DNA of 50,835 nucleotides from an uncultured bacterium (GTDB lineage Bacteria > Krumholzibacteriota > Krumholzibacteriia > WVZY01 > JAKEHA01), in assembly GCA_965372335.1 (NCBI GenBank), contig CBDVBX010000001.1, positions 1 through 50,835 on the forward strand, read 5' to 3'. Under the pieces are notes generated by a model that was not told where the DNA came from, made no database searches, and saw nothing but the letters and a program-made list of their open reading frames with translations. A program made the position numbers and the translations under genes. Below are positions 28,001 to 34,019 of the stretch, one piece after another (positions within the stretch are counted from its first letter, which is position 1; every line of letters begins with the position of its first letter).

Positions 28001-28204
28001 GGTAACCCGCAGATCGATCTTTGTCTGGAGCCCTCTATCGAGAATGTATCGCTTGATAATGCGTAAGATATCGTTCGAGCCGCTGGCCTGCCCGCCCGTC
28101 CCGGCGCATACAACCAGGGTTGGGTTGTCGTACTGGAGTTTCTTGTCGTCATGAATGCGTCGACGAAACTCAATGAATTCTGCTACCGTTGAAAGTCTGC
28201 TCAC
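25019..28204 (-). CDS. Fusion: thioredoxin-like 2Fe-2S domain, NuoF-type NADH/FMN flavoprotein (51-kDa subunit), and GltD-type NADPH/FAD oxidoreductase
   Basis: 1061 aa. NuoF part: GLRGRGGAGFPTGKKWE, SLBB region and ESCGKCFTCRKG. GltD part: CQSACPLG...CARVCHHPCEAKC (Fer4_20-like), IAIIGAGPAGLTAAHYL and VGVIGGGNSAIDAAR (two Rossmann sites). Confidence 0.85.
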   Translation of the reverse strand: MSRLSTVAEFIEFRRRIHDDKKLQYDNPTLVVCAGTGGQASGSNDILRIIKRYILDRGLQTKIDLRVTGCQGFCEMDPFVLVEPGRHLYPKLEMEDVPRVIDAAVGGFVDESLIYRDPHDKRQYHSQDDIPFFKKQKRTILGSNQKLDPIRIINYIEVGGYAAAEKVLSRIDPEWIVEEVKKSGLRGRGGAGFPTGKKWELARASGNGAEQKYIVCNADEGDPGAYMDRSLLEGNPHAIIEGLLIGGIAIGATQGYIYVRSEYPIAIKHTIIALRQARDLGLLGENILGTGVDFDITIVRGAGAFVCGEETALIKSVEGFTGEPRQRPPYPIEKGIGGHPTCINNVESLANIPVIIDGGADVYARVGVPGNTGTKIFSLVGKIQNTGLVEVPLGIKISEVVYDIGGGASGNTKIKAVQTGGPSGGCIPARMFDLPIDYDSLIKAGSIMGSGGMIVMDEDTCMVDVAKYFMGFLKDESCGKCFTCRKGTQRMYEILDDISKGEATLEELDLLEELAHVVKDTTMCGLGQSAPNPVLSTLRYFREEYERHIIDKRCDAFVCKELVGAPCQSACPLGTEAWRYVALIGHGEYDEAYRVIREPNPFPSICARVCHHPCEAKCRAGAAGGDPVAIRALKRFITDRIDPSAYQPVKQEWSDGAPPKIAIIGAGPAGLTAAHYLSLKGCEVTVFEAEKEPGGMLTCAIPSYRLPREVIEKEIDALLNENITVKCGTALGRDINIDELFESGYGAVLLAIGAHKSKPLRLENEDVEGVYPSIEFLKAFNLQERQLAKGKVGVIGGGNSAIDAARMALRLKDVDEVTILYRRTRNEMPAFAEEIEAADQEGIRIETLVTPVRIVNNNGRLAGLECIRNELGEADESGRRRPMPINGTEHVIDLDTLIVAIGEDSGIDAITPAKSSQIETTPWNTVRTDPTTMQTNRPGVFAAGDVVRGPNTVVEAIADGKKAAVIIERFLKKEPLLQPMFARLPQVYVEPMVDEAALGGDRSETPRAPAEWRRRNFAEVEVALSQAEARRESLRCLRCDLEFTRNEKEKQTVTETGRQSA

Positions 28205-28252
28205 CGAAACACCTCTCTATGTAACGCCCATACAACCCACACAATCAGTGGA

Positions 28253-29104
28253 TCACTCCAGTGGGACACCGCCCGGGTCCAGCATGTGACCCCGGCAACC
28301 TCTGCGAGCACAAATCTGAACGACACCCCCACCCCGAACGATCATCGGCACCATGGGAGCGCCGCAATCGCTGCATTTCCCGCCACCAATCAATTCGGCA
28401 TGACAGTGGGGACAGAACGCGTGGATGATCTCGTCGCTGGGAATTTCGTATTCTGAAGCTACCTTGTAGCTTCCGTACAAGCTGGAGAGGGCCAGCCAGC
28501 CGTGCTTGTTGCCGAAGGAGACCGTCACACGAATAGAAGGGTGGCCGTCGATGACATGCCGGGGATCCATGAGGCTGTGGTTACAGCGCGCGCAGCTCAC
28601 CTCCACCGGGAAAATGCGGTCGTCCGTTTCGATCTCGATCAAATCCAGCCCCTTCTGGGTCCGCTCGATGATCTCCTTGACTTCAGAGGTTCTGACCTTG
28701 GAAAAGTAATGGCCGTCGGCCACCACCACCGGACCCAGGGCGCAAGCTCCCAGACAATTCACGGTTTCCAACGAAAACTCCCTGTCGGACGTCGTCTCCC
28801 CCGATCGGATCCCCAGCTTTTCCTGGAAAACCTCCGCGATCCTCGGGCCGCCGTGCACGTGACAAGCAGTACCGAGGCACACGGAGATGACGTGCTTACC
28901 CCGGGGCTCCAAACTGAACGCCCTGTAAAACGTGGCAACGCCGTAGACATCAACCAGCGAGCGTCCGGTTTCCGTGGCGAGCGACCTCAATTCCTCTTCC
29001 GGAAGATAACCGTATTTCGCCTGGAGCCGCTCCATGCGGGTGATGAGTCCGCTTTGTTCTCCGTCGGCTTTTTCGATGGGAGCCTCTGCTTGATCCGGAT
29101 TCAT
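28253..29104 (-). CDS. NuoE-like (24-kDa subunit) thioredoxin-like 2Fe-2S protein with a C-terminal Cys-rich extension of about 120 aa
   Basis: YGYLPEEELRSLA...VATFYRAFSLEPRGKHVISVCLGTACHVHG...VNCLGACALGPVV carries the four NuoE Cys residues. The extension contains CARC, CPHC, CSDC and C..GC pairs (zinc-ribbon-like). Confidence 0.8.
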   Translation of the reverse strand: MNPDQAEAPIEKADGEQSGLITRMERLQAKYGYLPEEELRSLATETGRSLVDVYGVATFYRAFSLEPRGKHVISVCLGTACHVHGGPRIAEVFQEKLGIRSGETTSDREFSLETVNCLGACALGPVVVADGHYFSKVRTSEVKEIIERTQKGLDLIEIETDDRIFPVEVSCARCNHSLMDPRHVIDGHPSIRVTVSFGNKHGWLALSSLYGSYKVASEYEIPSDEIIHAFCPHCHAELIGGGKCSDCGAPMVPMIVRGGGVVQICARRGCRGHMLDPGGVPLE

Positions 29105-29151
29105 GTCTTGCGCGTTCCTTGTGTTTTAGGGTTTGTTCTGGTTCCTCGACG

Positions 29152-29352
29152 TCAACGTTCCTCAACATATTCTTCGCAGTGCCATACCCCACCCTCCGGC
29201 TTCGGGAAGAGGCAGGTTTGGCGGTTCGCACAGTTCACGCACAACCCCTTGCAGTCTCCTGCGTATTCCGCAGGACTTTTCGTGCCAGGGCGCTCACCTT
29301 GGGATTGATCCCTGTCGTCCTTTCGGAATCTAGAGGGATGGCGAACCACCAT
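29152..29352 (-). CDS. Small (66 aa) Cys-rich protein, putative first gene of the sigma-54 operon
   Basis: The ATG ORF ends in GDCKGLCVNCANRQTCLFPKPEGGVWHCEEYVEER (C-x4-C-x2-C-x6-C ... WHCEEY). It lies 47 nt upstream of the NuoE-like gene. The SD is weak, so whether it is truly coding is unproven. Confidence 0.45.
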   Translation of the reverse strand: MVVRHPSRFRKDDRDQSQGERPGTKSPAEYAGDCKGLCVNCANRQTCLFPKPEGGVWHCEEYVEER

Positions 29353-29494
29353 AATTCTCTTTTTCTAAGCGAAGAAGGTTACCGTCGCCTCTCCACAGCA
29401 CACAGTCGACGTCTACGTGCTCCGTCGGGTCGAGAAAAATGAAGCATCATTGCCGTTCACATCGATTGCCGTCGACTCAACTCTCTAACGGTAT

Positions 29495-29511
29495 ATCAAG
29501 GGGCGTGCCAC
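29495..29511 (-). promoter_or_regulatory. Candidate sigma-54 (-24/-12) promoter
   Basis: The minus strand reads CAG-TGGCACG-CCCC-TTGAT. This matches TGGCACG-N4-TTGCW with correct spacing and one mismatch (C to A in the -12 GC). It sits about 145 nt upstream of ORF 29352 and immediately downstream of a sigma-54 activator gene. Confidence 0.4.
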
Positions 29512-29574
29512 TGAAAAACCGGGCGCAACTGCGTCGAATCAGCACCGCAACGATCAGATGGAGGCTTGTAACTG

Positions 29575-29589
29575 ATTGTGTCGCACAAT
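29575..29589. promoter_or_regulatory. Perfect 15-bp palindrome ATTGTG-TCG-CACAAT, a candidate enhancer (UAS) site for the NtrC-type activator
   Basis: Read directly from the sequence. It is centred about 70 bp upstream of the -24 element. A second inverted repeat, GGGGTG-TTT-CACCCC, lies at 29663-29677. Confidence 0.3.
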
Positions 29590-29766
29590 GTTATCTTGGT
29601 GATCCGCGGTGGCGGGTTTCTTTGACAAGACAGCGTGAGCTCGGGAGGTGAACACAGTGACTGGGGTGTTTCACCCCGGTGGGGCGAATCGTCCCGCCTA
29701 CGTGCCTTGACGGTCGCCTCGAAGGGACAGAGTCTGGTCTTTGGAAGGTAGAGTGTTGGCAGAGAG

Positions 29767-31119
29767 CTATTCGGTGTCTAGTTTCAGGCGTTTCATTTTC
29801 TCGCGCAGCGTCTTGCGGTCGATTCCAAGAATCTCAGCCGCGCGAGTCTTGTTGCCGCTCACTGATGCCAGCACGCCGCGGATGTGGGTGATCTCCACCT
29901 CAATCAGCGTGCGATGCAACCCTTTTTCTCGAACACCGGCGTAGCGCATTAAATCGGGTAAGTCGGGTACGTCTATGAAATTCGAATCTGTCATCACCAC
30001 CAGTCTTTGAACCAAGTTCTCGAGTTCGCGCACGTTGCCCGGCCAAGCGAAGTTTCTCAGTATCTCGAGAGCTTTGTCCGAGAACCGAGGTTCCGGCTTC
30101 TCCACTTCCTCGGAAAACTTTCGCACGAAATGCCTGGTCAGGAGAATTATGTCATCTCCCCTCTCCTGCAACGGAGGAATGGCGATTTCGATGACGTTCA
30201 AACGATAGTATAGGTCCTCCCGGAAGCTGCCTTTTTTCACTAGACCTAATAGGTTTTTGTTTGTTGCAGCGAGGATCCTTATGTTGACCTTCCTCGGTTG
30301 AGTGGAGCCAACCATAAAGATTTCTTTCTCTTGCAAGACTCTTAGGAGTTTGACTTGCATGGCGAGGCTGGTCTCGCTAACTTCGTCTAGAAAAATGGTG
30401 CCCCCGTCCGCAGTCTGAAAGAATCCGGCCCGTGACTCCAGCGCTCCCGTAAAGGCGCCCTTGACGTACCCGAACAGTTCGCTCTCCAACAGGGTTTCTG
30501 GAATCCCACCGCAGTTGACCGGAACGAAGGGCGCAGAAGCACGTTTGCTGCTGTAATGGATCGCGCGGGCCACCAGCTCTTTGCCCGTACCACTCTGGCC
30601 GGTGATCAAAATCGTAGCGGGAGTGGACGCAGCCTTGGTGATAGCGCCGAACACTTGGTACATGGGCTCCGATTCGCCCAGAATGCCATACTGAGACTTG
30701 ATGGACTGCGGAAGCCAATCCTGACTGGCCATACGCAATCTGAGTTTGTCCAATGCCCGCCGCACAGCGGTGAACAGTTCCTCATCCGTGAAGGGTTTGG
30801 TCAAATACTCTTCCGCACCGGATTTGATGGCGTCCACGGCGCCTTCCACCGTGGCGTAGCCGGTGATCATCATCACTTCCGTATTCCTGAGGTTCTCCCG
30901 GACGTAACGGATCAAATCCATCCCCGAGTTTTTTGGCATCTTGTAATCCGTTATCACCAGATCCGCCATCGTGTCGTCCAGGATTTTGATTGCCTCGGCC
31001 ACGCTGGATGCCGTGAGCACGTCGTAGCCCTCGGACCGCAGGTTTCGGTCCAGCATTTCCAGCGTCTCCGGGGAATCGTCCACGACCAGGATACGTTCTT
31101 TCTCAGTTATGTTTCTCAT
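29767..31119 (-). CDS. Sigma-54-dependent response regulator (NtrC family: REC, AAA+ and Fis-type HTH)
   Basis: The REC domain has DD...D...K. Walker A is GQSGTGKE. GAFTGA is present (YVKGAFTGAL). DGGTIFLDEV and a C-terminal HTH (AAEILGIDRKTLREKMKRL) are also seen. ATGA overlap with the kinase gene. Confidence 0.95.
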   Translation of the reverse strand: MRNITEKERILVVDDSPETLEMLDRNLRSEGYDVLTASSVAEAIKILDDTMADLVITDYKMPKNSGMDLIRYVRENLRNTEVMMITGYATVEGAVDAIKSGAEEYLTKPFTDEELFTAVRRALDKLRLRMASQDWLPQSIKSQYGILGESEPMYQVFGAITKAASTPATILITGQSGTGKELVARAIHYSSKRASAPFVPVNCGGIPETLLESELFGYVKGAFTGALESRAGFFQTADGGTIFLDEVSETSLAMQVKLLRVLQEKEIFMVGSTQPRKVNIRILAATNKNLLGLVKKGSFREDLYYRLNVIEIAIPPLQERGDDIILLTRHFVRKFSEEVEKPEPRFSDKALEILRNFAWPGNVRELENLVQRLVVMTDSNFIDVPDLPDLMRYAGVREKGLHRTLIEVEITHIRGVLASVSGNKTRAAEILGIDRKTLREKMKRLKLDTE

Positions 31120-32891
31120 CCTTTATTCTCGGCAGGGCTTTCTGAACTCGTTAGCGGCAGGTGGATCAGGAACTGTGTGCCTTTTCCTACCTCCGTTTTG
31201 ACCGTGATCTTTCCCCCGTGTGAGGTGACGATGCCGTGAACCACTGCCAGTCCCAAACCCGTCCCCTCATTGATGTCCTTGGTGGTGAAGAAGGGCAGGA
31301 AGATCTGACTCGTGATATCTTCGCCGATTCCGGTCCCCGTATCCTCCACCACGACACCGATTCCCGTCTCGGTCACCTGCGTCTCTACAGTCAACGTGCC
31401 GCCTTCCGGCATGGCCTGGATGGCGTTGACCACCAGGTTCACCAATGCCTGGTTTATCTGACCCGGATCGGCCGTTATCATTGGCAGATCGGGGGCCAGC
31501 CGACACACCAGCTGGATATCCGCTTTCACACACCGGGCCTCGAAGAAGTAGATCCCATCGGTCACGATGTCGTTCAGGTTTACCGGGACCTTTTTGGGAG
31601 GAAGCTGCCGGGCAAATGTCATGAGCTTCTTTATGATCTCCCTGGCATGGAGCGAGGCGGATTCAATGTTTTTCAGGTCTTTCTCCACCTGCGCGGACAA
31701 TTTTGGAGACTTCTTCGCTAGCTGAGCGAAGCCCAGGATGTTGCCCAAAGGTTCATTCAGTTCGTGTGCCACACCGGCGGCCAGTTGGCCGATGGTGGCC
31801 AGACGGTCAGCGTGCCTTAGCTGTTCTTGAAGCAAAGTTTTTTCTTCCTCCGCCTGAGCGCGCTCGTAATAAATCGCGACTTCTCTGGCCACGCTGTCGA
31901 TGAGGCTTCGCTCTTCTGCCAGAAAAGGTCCTTCGTCCAAGGTTAGTTTCTTTTCGAGATAGGCCACCTCCACGAAACCGACTTTCTCGTTCTGGACGAC
32001 AACCTCGGATACCTGACGGTAAGGCGACTCACGGAAACCTCCGGTTGTATAAGACTGGCCGTTCAAGACGATGCGCGCGCAGGCGACCTCGGGAAAGAGC
32101 CACGCCGCGGGCAGCAGGTCGGCGATGTTCTGAATGATCTCGTCAAACGAAGCCCCCGGTTTTGCCACCACGCGTGCGATCCCATAAAGGCACGAGATCT
32201 CCTTGATTCTTTCTCTGAGCTCGATCTGGGCATATTGGTGAGAAAGCGCGACTCCAAGTATTTGGGAAATGTCCTCGTAAAAATCAATATCGCGGATGGA
32301 GAAAAAACCCGTCCTCCTACTTTTGAGTTGCATAATCCCTATGCACTCTTCCTCAAGTCGGATGGGTATGACCGCAATGCTCTTATAAGGACTGGGAAGA
32401 AGCCCAGGTCGAGAAGAAGATTCGCTTTTCGTGGAATCATTCGAATCCGCTGCTCCGGACGCATCGCCAATCCAAAAGCTGCCCCGATCGGTGACGTAGG
32501 GACGCAACTTGTCGATCGACCCTTTGACTACGTCGCAGCACAGTCTTTCCATGCTCAACTCGTTTCCGTAGTCCTGCGACACGGCTGTCTCTTCGCCCAA
32601 AGGGCAGGGCACCAGAATGAAGCCAAAGGGCATCTTCTTCGAACCCGTGACCGAACATCGAAAGTGTTTGTCCGGATCTTCCTTGACCCACAACTCGATG
32701 GCGTCGCATCCAGAGTGTTCCTTGATTCTCTCCGACACCTCTGGTAGAAAGTCTCTCCTAAGAAGTCCCCGAGTCGAGTGTGCTAATAACTCATAGGTCA
32801 ATTGGCGGAACCGCTCTACATCGTACTGGGATGAAGGACCGAGGGAATCCGATTGTTTAATGCTCTTGCCGCTTATTTTGTGAGTAGCCAT
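31116..32891 (-). CDS. Cytoplasmic sensor histidine kinase (GAF, CLY-type sensor module, HisKA, HATPase_c)
   Basis: H-box AAGVAHELNEPLGNI. N, G1 and G2 boxes (NLVVNAIQAM, VEDTGTGI, GTGLGLAVV). No TM helix. The start is set at ATG 32891. The track ORF runs on to 33281, but those 130 extra codons are low-complexity (RRDHRHWTWRRERRR) and lie antisense to an IS remnant. The start is uncertain because there is no SD. Confidence 0.8.
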   Translation of the reverse strand: MATHKISGKSIKQSDSLGPSSQYDVERFRQLTYELLAHSTRGLLRRDFLPEVSERIKEHSGCDAIELWVKEDPDKHFRCSVTGSKKMPFGFILVPCPLGEETAVSQDYGNELSMERLCCDVVKGSIDKLRPYVTDRGSFWIGDASGAADSNDSTKSESSSRPGLLPSPYKSIAVIPIRLEEECIGIMQLKSRRTGFFSIRDIDFYEDISQILGVALSHQYAQIELRERIKEISCLYGIARVVAKPGASFDEIIQNIADLLPAAWLFPEVACARIVLNGQSYTTGGFRESPYRQVSEVVVQNEKVGFVEVAYLEKKLTLDEGPFLAEERSLIDSVAREVAIYYERAQAEEEKTLLQEQLRHADRLATIGQLAAGVAHELNEPLGNILGFAQLAKKSPKLSAQVEKDLKNIESASLHAREIIKKLMTFARQLPPKKVPVNLNDIVTDGIYFFEARCVKADIQLVCRLAPDLPMITADPGQINQALVNLVVNAIQAMPEGGTLTVETQVTETGIGVVVEDTGTGIGEDITSQIFLPFFTTKDINEGTGLGLAVVHGIVTSHGGKITVKTEVGKGTQFLIHLPLTSSESPAENKG

Positions 32892-33068
32892 AACTGATAG
32901 ATTACCCGATACTGGCCGCGATATACGAAAAAGTTCATCGCTTGTCGAGTTTATTCTACGTCTTTCCCGCCGCCAGGTCCAGTGACGGTGGTCGCGTCGG
33001 CAATTGACATTTCCCCAAGATTTTGAGCCGGCGGTAGAGCTAGTTTCTGTGTCGTAGAGGAAAACAAG

Positions 33069-33248
33069 ATGACCCGGAGACGGTTCACCCCAGAACAGAT
33101 CGTAGCGATCCTCCGCGAGGTTGAGCGCAAGAAGTTGTTTCGCAAGCATGGTATCAGCGAGCAAGCCTTCTACCGTTGGAAACGGTACTTCATTGTGTGC
33201 TTCAGGCGTGTCCGAGAACCGTCCGGCACCGGAGGCAATGCCGAATAG
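33069..33248 (+). mobile_element. Remnant of an IS3-family transposase OrfA (HTH_Tnp_1), truncated and degenerate
   Basis: My translation is MTRRRFTPEQIVAILREVERKKLFRKHGISEQAFYRWKRYF..., then nonsense and TAG (59 aa, below the track cutoff). RRFTPEQK.AIL.E and RKHGIS.QTFYRWK are the conserved OrfA helix-turn-helix. The segment between them is deleted, and no OrfB/DDE part follows. Confidence 0.6.
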
Positions 33249-33477
33249 ATCCCACCCGTCCTTCTTGCCTGCCTTTGCCACTGGGACAAGCTACCCAACC
33301 ATATCCGAACAGCGGTCGTGACGCTGCTCGAAACCGTTGACTTTCCGCCTGATGACTAGGTGGTTGCAGCTGGTCAAAACCTGGCCCAGCTCTCTGAAGA
33401 GCCATTCGGCGAGACCCGTGACCGGAGCGGTTGGCGGGACACCGTCCATCTCCCCTTCACGTGCCCCACTGGAGGAA

Positions 33478-33890
33478 TCAAACGATTTCTACCAGGATAT
33501 TCATCAGGATGTCGAGTTCGATCAAAGTGTCGGGTATCTCGACAACAGCGGGGCGTGAATCACGCTCGAGTGAGTCAAGTGGATACGTGGATGGATAGGC
33601 GTTGGCCCCGCGATTCGCGCGACGCCCTGGGCCCGAAGGGCCACGTCTGTGCCTTCCCGAGGACAAGTGCTTGTTTCGGTGGCAAATGAGGCCGTTGAAA
33701 GCGGTATGCGGCTTGAGATTCCACGCCCGGGAACTTTTGGGCCAGATCTCCGCAGACCCTACTGTTTCACCCACTCCTGCAATCGGGTGAGCTCTACCTT
33801 GAGCTTTTCTAGTTCTTTATCAAATATCTTCCGGCTGAGTTTCTTGACCACGTCGCCTCCGGTGTCAGAGCCCGCTGGCATAGGTGGCAT
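33478..33890 (-). pseudogene. Decayed polyphosphate kinase 2 (PPK2) gene fragment
   Basis: The minus strand from ATG 33890 reads MPPMPAGSDTGGDVVKKLSRKIFDKELEKLKVELTRLQEWVKQ*, then GLR... This matches the PPK2 N-terminus (K.Y.KEL..LQ.ELVKLQEWV...GL+). The Walker-A region is garbled. PPK2-like pieces reappear in other frames: YRFQRPHLPP (cf. WYFQRY.AHLP) and VVEIPDTLIELDILMNILVEI (cf. VPEFERML..SGI.L.K.W). At least one premature stop plus frameshifts are present, and the C-terminal third is missing. Confidence 0.65.
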
Positions 33891-34019
33891 TCTATCAAGA
33901 AAACGCTACCAATTCACAGAGTCCAATATAGGTTGCGCCAGCGCCCAGTAACCTCTATGCTGCAAACTGGTTCATGAGACATATAATTCGTTTCGGTTGA
34001 TTCTTGAAGGGGACTGATT

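Noticed and set aside
29270-29287. TGGCACGAAAAGTCCTGC on the minus strand inside the small Cys-rich ORF, resembling a sigma-54 -24 box
   Set aside because: The GC of the would-be -12 element is 3 nt too far from the GG, so the spacing is wrong. It also lies within the candidate coding sequence.
32892-33281. N-terminal 130-codon extension of the histidine kinase ORF (track start 33281)
   Set aside because: The extension is low-complexity (RRDHRHWTWRRERRR) and antisense to the IS3 OrfA relic. The GAF domain begins only after Met131. It is kept as a possibility in the start-site uncertainty.
33337-33558. Plus-strand ORF whose end (LEESNDFYQDIHQDVEFDQSVGYLDN) vaguely recalls the C-terminus of IS3 OrfB (..FYN.ERPH.SLGY.TP)
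   Set aside because: The same DNA read on the minus strand continues the PPK2 relic at the correct distance from the YFQR-like motif (VVEIPDTLIELDILMNILVEI versus VPEFERML..SGI.L.K.W). The OrfB resemblance is weaker and lacks any DDE core upstream.
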